A stretch of 64,000 nucleotides of DNA from an uncultured Acidobacteriota bacterium (GCA_963700145.1 OY969474.1:2560001-2624000); one strand, 5' to 3'; counted from the first letter of the stretch, positions 16,796 to 31,401 are shown. Translations and numbers: made by a program. Notes: generated by a model from the letters alone, not told the origin.

Positions 16796-18040
16796 CTACC
16801 GCCGCCGTCGCTCTTCCCGCCCCTTGAAGAAGTCGCCGAGCGAGCCGAAGCCGCTGCCGGCCGGGCTGCCGCCGGCGCTCTCGCGGGCGTACTCGCGCAC
16901 TTCCTCGGCCCCCGCCTCCGTCGACTCGCCGGCCATCGAGAGCGAGATGCGGCGCCGCTGGCGGTCGACGCCGAGCACCGTGACCTCGACCTCCTGGCCC
17001 GGCTTGACGACTTCGCGCGGGTGGCTCACGCGGCGGCCGGCGCCGAGCTCCGAGACGTGGACCAGCCCTTCGAGACCGGGCGCGACCTCGACGAAGGCGC
17101 CGAAGGACTCCAGCCGCGCCACGCGCCCCGTGACGCGCGTCCCTTGCGGGAAGCGCTCGGCCGCCTCCTGCCACGGGTCCCCTTCGAGGGCGCGGCGGGA
17201 GAGCGAGATCCGCTCCGGCTGGCGGCCGTCCTTCCCCTTCTCGACCTTGATGACCTGGACCTCGATCTCCTGCCCGACCGTGAGCACCTCCTGCGGGTGC
17301 TCGACCCGGCGGTGGGAGAGCTCGGAGACGTGCAGCAGCCCCTCGAGGCCGCCGACGTCGACGAAGGCGCCGTAGCTGGCGAGGGAGGTGACCTTGCCCT
17401 TGAGCACGGCGCCCGGCTTGAGCAGCTCGCGGGTCTCCGCAGCGCGGTTCTGCGCCTCCTGCTCGAGCAGGGCGCGGCGCGACAGCACGATGTTCGGGCG
17501 CCGCCCCTTCGGGTCGTCTTCGAGGCGGAGGATCTTGAAGGTGAGCTTCTGGCCGAGGAAGCGGTTGGGGTCCTCGACGTAGCGCAGGTCGAGCTGCGAC
17601 AGCGGGCAGAAGCCGCGCTGGCCGGCGACCTTGACCTCGAGGCCGCCCTTGTTGACGCCGGTCACCGTCCCCTCGAGCGGGATGCCGTGGAGGTGCGCCT
17701 GGCGCAGCTCCTCCTTGATCTGCGGGCCGCGCGCCGGCTTGGCGCGCACCACGACGCCGCCGGTCTCGGGGTCGGTCGCCGAGACCGTCCCTTCGACGCG
17801 GTCGCCGACCTCGACGGTCAGCGCCCCTGCCTCGTCCTTGAGACCGTCGAGCGGCACCACCCCCTCGGCCTTGCCGCCGAGGTCGACGAGCGCGGCGTCC
17901 TCGCCGATCGAGAGGATCTCGCCGCTCACCGTCTCTCCTACTTCGGGCTCGCCGCCGCCGGCCGCGCCGCCGCCCTGCTGCTCGAACTCTTCGAGCATGG
18001 CGCCGAAGTCCTGCTCCTCGGTTCGGTTCTGGTCATCCAT
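16796..18040 (-). CDS. S1 RNA-binding domain protein (about 4 S1 domains, RpsA-like)
   Basis: Repeated GAFV...GLEGL(L/V)HVSEL and RISLS motifs. Confidence 0.88.
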   Translation of the reverse strand: MDDQNRTEEQDFGAMLEEFEQQGGGAAGGGEPEVGETVSGEILSIGEDAALVDLGGKAEGVVPLDGLKDEAGALTVEVGDRVEGTVSATDPETGGVVVRAKPARGPQIKEELRQAHLHGIPLEGTVTGVNKGGLEVKVAGQRGFCPLSQLDLRYVEDPNRFLGQKLTFKILRLEDDPKGRRPNIVLSRRALLEQEAQNRAAETRELLKPGAVLKGKVTSLASYGAFVDVGGLEGLLHVSELSHRRVEHPQEVLTVGQEIEVQVIKVEKGKDGRQPERISLSRRALEGDPWQEAAERFPQGTRVTGRVARLESFGAFVEVAPGLEGLVHVSELGAGRRVSHPREVVKPGQEVEVTVLGVDRQRRRISLSMAGESTEAGAEEVREYARESAGGSPAGSGFGSLGDFFKGREERRRR

Positions 18041-18211
18041 CGTGCTGTCCTCTACGTCTGTGCGACTTCGTATGTCCGCGGCGGGTTACCGGCTCGCTAA
18101 CGCTGCACCTGGGCGGGGTTGGAACGCGGCGGCTCGCGGTGGGGTCTCGACAACGCGCGGCATTGTAGCCCATCGGGAGCGCCCGCGCACCCCGTGCTAC
18201 CCTTCGCCGGC

Positions 18212-18943
18212 ATGCTCCCCGAGGAGCGGTGGCGGGCGGGCGCGGCGGCGGGGCTGACGCTCGCCGTCATCGTCGTCTGGCAGGGGGCGCAGGTCGTCGT
18301 CCTCGGGGCCTGCGCGGTCGTGCTGGCGCTGCGCGGCGAGTCGCTCGCGGGGATGGCCTGGATGGCCCGCTACCTGGGGCTGCTGCTCTCCCTGAGCACG
18401 CTCGTCGCGGCGCCGGTCGGCATCGCGCTGATCATCCTCTTCATCCGTTTGCGGCGCGGGCTGCCGGTGCGCGATGCGCTCGGGCTGCGCGCGCCAAGCC
18501 TCCGCCAGGCCCTCCTCTGGACGCTGGCGCTCGTCGCCTTCCTCGCCGCCTACGATCTCGCGGCGCGCGCGCTCGGGCGGCCGGTCAGCCCCGAGGTGAT
18601 GGTGGACAGCTACCGCACCAGCGTCTGGCCGCCGCTCTTCTGGGTGGCGGTGGCGGTGGCGGCGCCGCTCTTCGAGGAGCTGCTCTTCCGCGGCTTCCTG
18701 CTGCCGAGCCTCGCCGCCTCGCGGCTGGGGGCGGCCGGCGCGGCGGCGCTCTCCTCGCTCCTCTTCGCCGCCCTCCACCTGCAGTACGACCTCTTCGACA
18801 TGACGGGCGTCTTCCTGCTCGGCGCGCTCTTCGCCGCCGCGCGCCTGGCGAGCGGCTCGACGCTCCTGACCATCGGCCTCCACGTCCTCACCAACGTCCT
18901 CGCCCTGGTGCAGCTGGCGCAAGTCGTCGGCGAGCCGCCGTAA
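18212..18943 (+). CDS. CPBP/Abi family intramembrane metalloprotease
   Basis: EELLFRG, FAALH, HxxxN; multiple TM segments. Confidence 0.88.
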   Translation: MLPEERWRAGAAAGLTLAVIVVWQGAQVVVLGACAVVLALRGESLAGMAWMARYLGLLLSLSTLVAAPVGIALIILFIRLRRGLPVRDALGLRAPSLRQALLWTLALVAFLAAYDLAARALGRPVSPEVMVDSYRTSVWPPLFWVAVAVAAPLFEELLFRGFLLPSLAASRLGAAGAAALSSLLFAALHLQYDLFDMTGVFLLGALFAAARLASGSTLLTIGLHVLTNVLALVQLAQVVGEPP

Positions 18944-18982
18944 CGCGCGGGGGCCGCGGCGCGCCCAAGCTGGCGGACGAGC

Positions 18983-19837
18983 TTGGCCGTGCAACCCCCC
19001 CGCGAACCCTCCGCCGCCCCGCCGCCGCGCCCGTCGCCCTGGGAGGAGCGCGCCGCCCAGAAGCTGCTCGTCGCCCTCGCGCCGCGCCTGCCGCGGGTGG
19101 CGGTCACCGCGCCGCCGAGGCGGCTGGCGCCGTACGAGCGCTTCACCATCCCGCGGGCCGGCCGCGCCGGCGGGCTGGCCGCCACCTGGTATCCGGCGCC
19201 GGCGGCCCGCGGCGCCGTCCTCCTCGTCCACCCCTGGATGGAGTGGGGGCAGACCTACTTCCACCGCCGCGGCCGCGTCGAGGCGCTGCGGCGGGCCGGC
19301 TATCACGCCCTCAGCTTCGATCTGCCGGGCTTCGGCGGCAGCGCGGCGGCCGACGGGCTCTACGACCGCGACGTCGAGGACGCCCTCGCGGCCCTCGCCG
19401 CGCGCGCCCCGGGGCTGCCGCTCCACGTCTGGGGGATCAGCTCCGGCGGCTACTGGGCGCTGGCGGTCTTGGCACGGCGCAACGGCGTCGCCGGCGCGAT
19501 GTTCGAGGACGTGGCCTCCCACCTGCTACGCTGGTCGCGGCGGGAGGCGCCGCTCGGCACGCCGGCCTACCGCTGCTTCGAGTGGCTCCTGCCGCGCGCC
19601 TTCCGCTACCTCGACATGACGCGCCACGCGCCGCACCTGACGGCGCGGTCGGCGACCTTCCTGAGCGGCGCGCTCGACCGCGGCGTCCGCCCCGCCGACA
19701 CCGAGCGGCTGGCGCGCCTCGCCGGCGCCGGCTGCCGGATCGTGCCGGACGCCCCCCACCTCGGCGCCATCAAGCAGGCGACGGGGGAGGTGATCGGGTT
19801 GGCGCTGGAGACCTTCGAGCGGGCTACTTCCAGATAG
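18983..19837 (+). CDS. Alpha/beta hydrolase
   Basis: FDLPGFGGS, GISSGG nucleophile elbow; start uncertain. Confidence 0.8.
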   Translation: MAVQPPREPSAAPPPRPSPWEERAAQKLLVALAPRLPRVAVTAPPRRLAPYERFTIPRAGRAGGLAATWYPAPAARGAVLLVHPWMEWGQTYFHRRGRVEALRRAGYHALSFDLPGFGGSAAADGLYDRDVEDALAALAARAPGLPLHVWGISSGGYWALAVLARRNGVAGAMFEDVASHLLRWSRREAPLGTPAYRCFEWLLPRAFRYLDMTRHAPHLTARSATFLSGALDRGVRPADTERLARLAGAGCRIVPDAPHLGAIKQATGEVIGLALETFERATSR

Positions 19838-20825
19838 CCACTTCGAAGCGGCCGGAGGCGTCGGCGGCGCCGCGGTACATCCCCGGCGAGTTGAAGGCCA
19901 TGACGATCGAGCCGTCGCGGCCGACGGCGATGATGCCGCCGTCGTCGGGCTCGAGCACCTCGAAGACTACCTGCCGCGCCGCCTCCTCCAGCGAGAGCTT
20001 GCGGTAGGCCATGCGCGCCGCGACGTCGTAGGCCACGGCGTGGCGGATGAACTCCTCCCCCTTGCCGGTGCCGGAGACCGCGCAGGTGGCGTTGTCGGCG
20101 TAGGTGCCGGCGCCGACGATCGGCGTGTCGCCGACCCGCCCCCAGCGCTTGTCGGTGCGGCCGCCGGTCGAGGTGGCGGCGGCGAGGTCGCCGTTGCGGT
20201 CGAGCGCCACCGCGCCGACGGTGCCGTGCTCTTTGGCGCCCCCGGCCGCGGCCTCCTTGGCCTTCTTCGCCATCTCCTCCTGCCACTCCTGGTAACGGCG
20301 CGGCGTCGCGAACCAGGCGTTGGGCACGCGCGCCACGCCCATCTCGTCGGCGAACCGCTCCGCCCCGTGCCCCATGAGCAGGACGTGCTCGGTGCGCTCC
20401 ATGACCAGCCGCGCCAGGGTGATCGGGTGGCGCACGGTCGTCACCGCCGCCACCGCGCCGCAGGCGTGCGTCCTGCCGTCCATGATCGAGGCGTCCAGCT
20501 CGTGGCCGCCGGCGTGGTTGAAGACGGCGCCCTTGCCGGCGTTGAACAGGGGATCGTCCTCGAGGAAGCGGACGATCCGCTCGACGGCGTCGAGGCTGCG
20601 GCCGCCGCCGTCGAGCACCCCTTTGCCGATCGTCAGTGCCTGGGTCAGCGACGCGACGTAGGCGCGCCGCCGGTCCTCGGTCATCTTGGCGCGGTCGATC
20701 GTGCCGGCGCCGCCGTGGACGGCGAGCGCCCAGGCGACCTTGGGGCGGGCCGGCGCGGCGGGCTCGTCGCCTCCGCCGCAGGCCGAGAGCAGAACTGCCG
20801 CGAGAATCGCGCACCGTCGCTTCAT
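19824..20825 (-). CDS. iaaA: Isoaspartyl peptidase/L-asparaginase (Ntn hydrolase), lipoprotein
   Basis: HGGAG, FNAGKG, GTVGAVA, TSTGG, RVGDTP; LLSAC lipobox. Confidence 0.88.
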   Translation of the reverse strand: MKRRCAILAAVLLSACGGGDEPAAPARPKVAWALAVHGGAGTIDRAKMTEDRRRAYVASLTQALTIGKGVLDGGGRSLDAVERIVRFLEDDPLFNAGKGAVFNHAGGHELDASIMDGRTHACGAVAAVTTVRHPITLARLVMERTEHVLLMGHGAERFADEMGVARVPNAWFATPRRYQEWQEEMAKKAKEAAAGGAKEHGTVGAVALDRNGDLAAATSTGGRTDKRWGRVGDTPIVGAGTYADNATCAVSGTGKGEEFIRHAVAYDVAARMAYRKLSLEEAARQVVFEVLEPDDGGIIAVGRDGSIVMAFNSPGMYRGAADASGRFEVAIWK

Positions 20826-22441
20826 GCCCTCTCCTCCTCCCGCCGCAGCAGCACCAGCGTCTGGTCGTCCCCCTGCGGCGTGCCGGCGCCGAAGGCGCAG
20901 GTGGCCCCGTCGATGGCCTCCACCAGCTCCGCGAGCGGCAGGTCGCGGTGCTCGGCGAGGAGCGCCGCCAGGCGGTCGGTGCCGAACTCCTCGTCGCCGG
21001 GCGACAGGCACTCGGTGATGCCGTCGCTGTAAAGGCAGAGGAGGTCGCCAGGCGCCAGCACCACCGCGCGCGCCTGGTAGCGGCTGCCCGGCATGAGCCC
21101 CACCGGCAGGCCGCAAGCGTCGAGCCACTCGACCTCACCGTCCCGCCGCAGCAGGAGCCCCGGGTTGTGGCCGGCGTTGACGTAGCGCAGCGCGCCGCTG
21201 CCGGGGTCGAGCTCGGCCAGCAGCAGGGTGATGTACTTGCTCGGTGCCGAGGAGGCGAGGACGTGCGCCGAGAGCGCCTCGACCAGCTCCGGCCCCGGCG
21301 GGTAGCGGTCGAGCAGCAGGCGCAGCCCGGAGTGGAGGGTCGAGACCATCAGCGCCGCCGGCACCCCCTTGCCCGAGACGTCCCCCACCGCCAGGCCGAT
21401 CTGCCCGCCCGGCAGCGACAGCAGGTCGAAGTAGTCGCCCCCCACCTGCCGCGCCGGCCGGTTCCAGCCGAAGAGGGAGTAGCCGGGGACGGGCGGGGCG
21501 CCGGTCGGCAGGATGAGGCGCTGGATCTCGGCGGCGAGCTCCATCTCGCGCGCCATCCGCTCGTTCTCGAGCGCCTGCTGGTGGAGGCGGACGTTCTCGA
21601 GCGCCAGCGCCGCCTGGGTGGCGAAGAGGACGAGGATGCGCCGGTCGCCCTCGGGGAAGGGCGCGAGACCCCGCCGGGTCTCCTTGTCGCCGACGGCGAG
21701 GAAGCCACGCGGGCCGGCCTCGACCTGGATCGGCACGCCGATCGCGTAGCGCGCGCCGGGCAGGAGCGCCGCCGGCGCCTGCCCCTCGCCGGCCAGGAAG
21801 CGCGCGAGCTCCGGGTCAGCGACCGCCACCTCCGCCGCCGCCGCGCCGCCGAAGGCGCGGTCCAGCCGGTAGCTGCCGTTCTCGATCAGGTAGAGCGCGG
21901 CGCGGCGCGCGTCGAGCAGCGAGATCGCCCGCAGCAACACCTCTTCGGCCAGCCGCTCGCGGTCGAGCGTGCCGGCCACCGCCAGCCCGACGTCGTAGAG
22001 GGCCTCGAGCTCGACGATCCGGTAGTTGACCTGGAAGCGCTCGGCCTTGATCTGCTGCTTGAGACGCCGGTTGGTCGCCGCGGCGCCGAGGAGGAGGGTG
22101 AGCTGCGCCGCCGCCCCGGCCGCCGCCGCCGCGGCCTCGGGGGGCTCGACGACCAGCGCGCCGCCGGGGAGCGGCACGACGCCGGCGGCGCCGTCGGCCA
22201 CGTCGTCGCGCTCGAGGATCGACGGGAACCCGTCCCCGATCGCCACCTCCCGCCGCAGCAGCTCGCCCTGCTCCAGGTAGAGCGCCACGCCGCGGGCGCC
22301 GCTGGTCCGCGCCCATACCTCCACCAGGTGGCGCAGCAGCAGGTGGTCGGCCGACTCCTCGCGCGCCAGCTCGAGCAGGCGCCCCCAGGCCTCCGGCTCG
22401 GCGGCGGGGTCGGAGCCGGGGCCCGGCAGCGGCAGGCTCAT
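20822..22441 (-). CDS. GAF-SpoIIE PP2C phosphatase (RsbU-like)
   Basis: GGDYFD, GDVSGKG, NAGH, YSDGITE, DDQT. Confidence 0.92.
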   Translation of the reverse strand: MSLPLPGPGSDPAAEPEAWGRLLELAREESADHLLLRHLVEVWARTSGARGVALYLEQGELLRREVAIGDGFPSILERDDVADGAAGVVPLPGGALVVEPPEAAAAAAGAAAQLTLLLGAAATNRRLKQQIKAERFQVNYRIVELEALYDVGLAVAGTLDRERLAEEVLLRAISLLDARRAALYLIENGSYRLDRAFGGAAAAEVAVADPELARFLAGEGQAPAALLPGARYAIGVPIQVEAGPRGFLAVGDKETRRGLAPFPEGDRRILVLFATQAALALENVRLHQQALENERMAREMELAAEIQRLILPTGAPPVPGYSLFGWNRPARQVGGDYFDLLSLPGGQIGLAVGDVSGKGVPAALMVSTLHSGLRLLLDRYPPGPELVEALSAHVLASSAPSKYITLLLAELDPGSGALRYVNAGHNPGLLLRRDGEVEWLDACGLPVGLMPGSRYQARAVVLAPGDLLCLYSDGITECLSPGDEEFGTDRLAALLAEHRDLPLAELVEAIDGATCAFGAGTPQGDDQTLVLLRREEERA

Positions 22442-22449
22442 CGCGCGGC

Positions 22450-22800
22450 TCAGCCGCGCAGAGCGGCCACGGCCGTGGCCTCGTCGCCGTAGATCGGCGC
22501 GTACTGCGTGAGGCCCATGATGTGGAAGGTCTTGTCGATCGTCGGGGTGAGGCGGCAGAAGGCGAGACGGCCGCCGATCTCGATCATCTTCTCGATGATC
22601 TCGATCAGGATCGAGATGCCGATCGAGTTGACGATCGTCGTGCCCTCGAGGTTGAGCAGCAGCGCCTTGTGCCCCTCGTCGATCAGAGAGTAGGCGACGC
22701 GGGCGATCTCCTCCCCCGCCTGGTTGTTGATGTAGCCCTTGGTGTAGATGACGGCCAAGCCGTCTCGGCGGTCCGCGGTGACTGTCGGGTGGTCGGTCAT
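22450..22800 (-). CDS. STAS-domain anti-sigma antagonist (RsbV-like)
   Basis: IVNSIGISIL phosphoacceptor motif; 116 aa. Confidence 0.88.
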   Translation of the reverse strand: MTDHPTVTADRRDGLAVIYTKGYINNQAGEEIARVAYSLIDEGHKALLLNLEGTTIVNSIGISILIEIIEKMIEIGGRLAFCRLTPTIDKTFHIMGLTQYAPIYGDEATAVAALRG

Positions 22801-22824
22801 AGTGTCTTTCGTACGCCTCGTGCC

Positions 22825-23262
22825 CTACCGCCGCCGCTTGCTCATGACCACGGTCGTCCCCTCGCGCCCGGAATGGATCTCCACCTCGTCCATCAGCCCG
22901 CGGATGATCTTGAGCCCCCAGCCGCGCTTGCGGTCCTCGCGCAGCTTCGCCTCGATGCTCGGCTCCTCGATCGACTCCGGGTCGAAGCCGATTCCGGAGT
23001 CCCGGACCGTGATGCGCAGCTCTTCCGGCTCGCCCTTGCCCACCACCTCGAAGGTCATCGTCACCTGGCGGTCGGGCGAGTGGCTGTGCTCGAAGGCGTT
23101 GATGCAGGCCTCGATCACCGCCATGCGAACCTCGTCGATTCTATCCGGACTCATCTTCATGAACTCGGCGATGGCCGTGGCGGTCTTGCTCGCCGCGACT
23201 TCCATGTCGGGCGCCATCGGCAGCGTGAGGGTGACCTCCCTCAGGATGGCCTGGCCGTTCAT
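22825..23262 (-). CDS. Anti-sigma-type ATPase/kinase (RsbW-like)
   Basis: EACINAFEH, DSGIGFD, RGWGLKII. Confidence 0.9.
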   Translation of the reverse strand: MNGQAILREVTLTLPMAPDMEVAASKTATAIAEFMKMSPDRIDEVRMAVIEACINAFEHSHSPDRQVTMTFEVVGKGEPEELRITVRDSGIGFDPESIEEPSIEAKLREDRKRGWGLKIIRGLMDEVEIHSGREGTTVVMSKRRR

Positions 23263-23290
23263 GGCTCAGAGGCGCGCGGGCGAAGTGCCC

Positions 23291-23449
23291 TCAGAAGGAG
23301 AGGTAGAGCTGCAGGGCGAAGACGACGAGCGGGTCGATCAGGTCGTTGGCGAGCAGCCAGACGAAGCTCGACAGCGTTCCGGCCGAGAGCAACAGGCGGG
23401 CGGGCACCTGAGGGACGGTAGCGGCGTGGCGGCGCAGGGCTTGGAGCAT
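23291..23449 (-). CDS. 52-aa hydrophobic small protein (absent from ORF track)
   Basis: GAGGA RBS; MLQALRRHAATVPQVPARLLLSAGTLSSFVWLLANDLIDPLVVFALQLYLSF; host-like codons. Confidence 0.65.
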   Translation of the reverse strand: MLQALRRHAATVPQVPARLLLSAGTLSSFVWLLANDLIDPLVVFALQLYLSF

Positions 23450-23477
23450 TCCATTCCTCCTCGTCGCCGCCGATCAT

Positions 23478-23708
23478 TGCCAGGGGGCTGCCAGCCGCTG
23501 CCGCGGACCTGTCACCGGGCCGTAACCTCAAGATGGCGAGGAGCTTACACGAACCGCTGCGGCGTGACGGCGGCGCGGCGCTGGTAGAGCCTGCGACATT
23601 CTGACGCAGAAACAACCCGGCCGCTCGCGCGTAGTACGTCAAAAGCCCTACGTCCGTAGGGCCCAACCACCGAGAGACAGAATGCCGCGCCCGCGGCAGA
23701 ATGTCGCG
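23478..23708 (-). promoter_or_regulatory. Sigma54-type promoter with three upstream enhancer-like palindromes
   Basis: TGGCAGCCCCCTGGCA (GG-N10-GC) at 23493-23478; GCGRCA-N3-TGYCGC-like sites near 23592, 23674 and 23693. Confidence 0.55.
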
Positions 23709-23713
23709 CGCGG

Positions 23714-25201
<1,488 letters not shown>

Positions 25202-25236
25202 GAGGGAATTCTAGCGACAGGGCGCCGCGAGCACTG

Positions 25237-25539
25237 TTATCGATCCTGCTCCTGCATCTCGTTGAGCTCCCGCCGCGCCTCCTCCAGGCGATTCACGGCG
25301 TCGATCTTCTCCTGCTCGGTGCCCTCCATGGTGCGGATCTCCTCCGCCATGCGCTCGATCTCGGCGGCCTTCTCCTCCATCCGGCGAGTGCGCTCGGCCT
25401 CATCCGAAACGGCAGAGTCGGTTGCCGCGGAGGAAGTGCCGCTCGGCGGCGGCTCGCAGCTCCACGTGACCGGCAGCAGCAGCGCGAGCAGAGACAGCAG
25501 CGGCCACGACGGGAAACGACGGACTCGACTCTCTTTCAT
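25237..25539 (-). CDS. Small hypothetical lipoprotein, coiled-coil
   Basis: AGGAGG RBS; hydrophobic signal followed by Cys. Confidence 0.65.
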   Translation of the reverse strand: MKESRVRRFPSWPLLSLLALLLPVTWSCEPPPSGTSSAATDSAVSDEAERTRRMEEKAAEIERMAEEIRTMEGTEQEKIDAVNRLEEARRELNEMQEQDR

Positions 25540-25555
25540 GGCGGCCTCCTGCGAC

Positions 25556-28510
<2,955 letters not shown>

Positions 28511-28631
28511 GGGAAGCCGACGAGGATTCTACAGCCCTGAAACGACCGGCCGGCCCGCCGGCACTGCAGGTGAATCCCAAGAGCAGACCGGGCAGCCGGT
28601 CGGCGGCCCGGCTGCCCTGGGTTTCACGAGC

Positions 28632-30662
28632 TCAGGGGGTGACGACCAACACCCAGTCGCGCTCGCCTCGATAGGGGTTGCCGGCATCGACGCAGTAGCA
28701 CGGGTCGCTCGTCGGCTCGCCGCTGCAAGCGATCAACGGATCCGGATTGGCGACCGGCGGACACGCCGGCGGCGCCGACGGACGGTTGTAGCTCACGAAT
28801 GCCGGGTTCGCCGGATCGGGCACGGCGACGGCGGTGGTCAAGGCGCCGGTCCGCGGGTTGAGCCACAGGCCGTTGACGCGCAGGTTGGGGAAGTTCGTGA
28901 GATTGATCTTGATCGCCGGGTTGTCGGGCAGGTAGCCGATCATGGAGCTGCCGTCCGTGGCCCGTCCGAGGACCAGCCGCTTCTCCTCCTGCGCCGGCTG
29001 CGGTGTCAGGATCTGCACCAGCCGCGGGATGTAGAGCTGCCACTTCACCTTGGGCACGGTGACGCCGCGGAAGAGATTGCTGAGATAGGACATGTGCCGC
29101 CCCGAGCGGCGGCTCCAGCCGACCGAAGGGGCGGTGCCGAAACGGCCCCAGTCGGTGACGCCGCCCGAGCCGTAGGTATAGCCGGTGCCACCCGAGAGCA
29201 GCGAGAACCAGCCGGTACGGCGGGCGTTGTAGGCCGTGTAGTTGACGGCGCCGAGCTTGGGATCGCTATTGACGGCGCCGTCGTAGATCGACTCGCCGTT
29301 GAAGCCGCCCTTGGTCGCCGAGACCGCCGGCGGCGCGGGCTCCGGAACCTCCAGGCAGGTGCGCGAGCCGCAGGTCCGGTCGAAGACGCACTGGGCCAGC
29401 TGCTGGGCGCGGCAGGAGAGGGTCGTGAGCTGCTGCTGCTGGCACACCGCGGCGCTGTCGGCGCCGCCGCAGACGTAGGCCGCCTGGCCGCTCTGGAAGA
29501 GCTGGAGGTCGAGCCAGGTGTCGTTTTGCAGGCTGAGGATCTCGTTGCCCGGCGTGCGGCTCGCCCAGTGGGTGGTGACCAAGGCGTCGGGCACGGCGGC
29601 GGTGACCGCGGCGCCCACCTGCCTGATGCGGTCGAGCACCGGCGTGGCGCCGGTTGCACCGCACTGGTTGGAGCCGCTCCAGCGGTCGAAGGCGGGCGAG
29701 AGGATCACGTGGCTGCCGGCGAAGCGGGCCGCTACGGTCCGCGCGTAGGTGAGCGAGTCGGCCAGCGCCGGCGGGCACCAGGTGCCGTTGGCGTTCCTCT
29801 CGATCGTGCCCTCCATGAGACCCACGAGGAGCACGGCGAAGCCGCGGTCGTTGGCGTCGAAGATCCGCTGCTCGAACGCGCTCCAGAAGGCCGGGTTCCA
29901 GCAAGAGTCGTTGCGCGGCACCGGATTCGTCGTCTGCGCGGTGCCGGAGGTGCAGCTCGTGTTGAAGGGGGCCTGGGTGCCGATCCTGGGCTGCTCCCCC
30001 GCGGCGACCACCTGCATCCAATCGACCGGCAGCGCCACCTGGATGAGCGAGAAGCCCCAGCTCGTCCGGTTGGTCAGATAGTTGGACCAGGCGCTCGGCG
30101 AGTTGGCGGCGCGCAGCGGACCCGCCCAGGCGGTGTCTCCCAGCCAGTAAAAAGGCTGCTCGGCGCCGCTGCCGTCGAGCGCCTTGTGCTTGAGGTACCG
30201 GCCGGTCGCGGCAACCTCGAGCGAGCCTTTGAGGTAGAGAGCGCTCGTCTCGCCGGGTGCCGGGGCGGAGACGGTCACGGTGCCCGATGTCGCGAGCCCG
30301 GAGCCGCAGAGGCTGCCCGGGTCACAGGTGCTGGTCCAGTTCCAGGTGCCGGTGGCCGGAAAAAGCATGCGGAAGGTGAATGTGTTTCCGCCGTCCCAAT
30401 AGGCGTAGGTCAAGCGGTCGCTCTGCCCGGTCTTGGTGAACCGCACCCGCAGCCGGACGTCGCGGTAGGGGTTGGTGAAGCCTTGCGTACTGGTGAGGGT
30501 CTTTTGCCAGCACTTCCAGAGGTAGACAGTGTCCGGTGGGGTCGTCGGGTCGCTGGGATTGATCTTGTTGGTGCAGGCCGCTTCGGCCACGCCGGTGGCG
30601 AACGTTCCCAGGAAGACGACGATGGCCGCCCAACGAAGGCATGAGGCACAGGGTTTTGGCAT
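28632..30662 (-). CDS. Secreted DUF5060/DUF4038 glycoside-hydrolase-like protein
   Basis: Signal peptide; NPY...YWDGG, PFYWLGDTAW, QSG, GESIYD, GYTYG, WLNPRTG. Confidence 0.75.
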   Translation of the reverse strand: MPKPCASCLRWAAIVVFLGTFATGVAEAACTNKINPSDPTTPPDTVYLWKCWQKTLTSTQGFTNPYRDVRLRVRFTKTGQSDRLTYAYWDGGNTFTFRMLFPATGTWNWTSTCDPGSLCGSGLATSGTVTVSAPAPGETSALYLKGSLEVAATGRYLKHKALDGSGAEQPFYWLGDTAWAGPLRAANSPSAWSNYLTNRTSWGFSLIQVALPVDWMQVVAAGEQPRIGTQAPFNTSCTSGTAQTTNPVPRNDSCWNPAFWSAFEQRIFDANDRGFAVLLVGLMEGTIERNANGTWCPPALADSLTYARTVAARFAGSHVILSPAFDRWSGSNQCGATGATPVLDRIRQVGAAVTAAVPDALVTTHWASRTPGNEILSLQNDTWLDLQLFQSGQAAYVCGGADSAAVCQQQQLTTLSCRAQQLAQCVFDRTCGSRTCLEVPEPAPPAVSATKGGFNGESIYDGAVNSDPKLGAVNYTAYNARRTGWFSLLSGGTGYTYGSGGVTDWGRFGTAPSVGWSRRSGRHMSYLSNLFRGVTVPKVKWQLYIPRLVQILTPQPAQEEKRLVLGRATDGSSMIGYLPDNPAIKINLTNFPNLRVNGLWLNPRTGALTTAVAVPDPANPAFVSYNRPSAPPACPPVANPDPLIACSGEPTSDPCYCVDAGNPYRGERDWVLVVTP

Positions 30663-30865
30663 GGAGCTCCTCCGGTCCGGGTCTCGGAGAGCACGGCGAG
30701 GCTGCCGCGCGCTCGTCATCCCAAGTTGAAGTGGCTCCGTCCGAGGAACTACAGAACAATGGAAGGGTGGCGGCAAGCAACACCGCCAGATGTTCATACG
30801 GACGACCAGCGTCGAGCGTTGGGGCTGTGTTAGGCGCCGGCCGCTCGGCGGCGGCGCGGACGGCC

Positions 30866-31333
30866 TTAGTCGCCGATCGCCGCACCCGTGCCGGCGATCT
30901 CGACGACCTGGAAAGGACCGTCGCCGATCGCCGTCTCGTCGAAGGCCGTCCCCGTCTCCTCGGCGAGGTGCTTGCGCCACGCCACGTAGCGCTCGCGGCT
31001 GAGCGTCTCGAGCCGCACCGTCCCCTGCGCCACCGCCTTCTGCCCCACGGCGTCGGCTGGGAAGACGATGACCCCGTCCTCCACCTTGATCCGGATCCGC
31101 CGCTTCGCCTCGTCCTCCAGCTCCATCCAACACCCCGCCATCGCGCACACCCCCGAGACCTTCCCTTCCACCCGCACCACGCGGCCGGCGTGCTCGGCCG
31201 GGGAATCGAGGAGGGCGGCAATCGGCGTCGGCTTCTCCACCGTCACCGCCGCGCCGTAGGCGGCGGGCCCGGCGGCGGAGAGGGGGGCGGCAGCGAGGGC
31301 AAGGGCGAGCACAAGCGTGGCGATCCTGGGCAT
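30866..31333 (-). CDS. DUF4920-like secreted protein
   Basis: Signal peptide; VRVEGKVSGVCAMAGCWM. Confidence 0.78.
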   Translation of the reverse strand: MPRIATLVLALALAAAPLSAAGPAAYGAAVTVEKPTPIAALLDSPAEHAGRVVRVEGKVSGVCAMAGCWMELEDEAKRRIRIKVEDGVIVFPADAVGQKAVAQGTVRLETLSRERYVAWRKHLAEETGTAFDETAIGDGPFQVVEIAGTGAAIGD

Positions 31334-31366
31334 CGTGGTCTCCGGTAGAGAGCGAGAGGATATCCG

Positions 31367-31395
31367 TTGCAGAGGTATCCTACCCGAAGTAAGAT
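31367..31395 (+). promoter_or_regulatory. Sigma70 promoter of the TA operon with overlapping palindrome
   Basis: TTGCAG-17-TAAGAT, 6 nt before ATG; ATCCTAC-N5-GTAAGAT. Confidence 0.6.
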
Positions 31396-31401
31396 TTGCG
31401 C

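Noticed and set aside
30770-30792. Sigma54 promoter for the DUF4038 gene
   Set aside because: GG-GC spacing is 11 rather than 10; TGGCAC boxes near 14160 and 47140 also lack the -12 GC.
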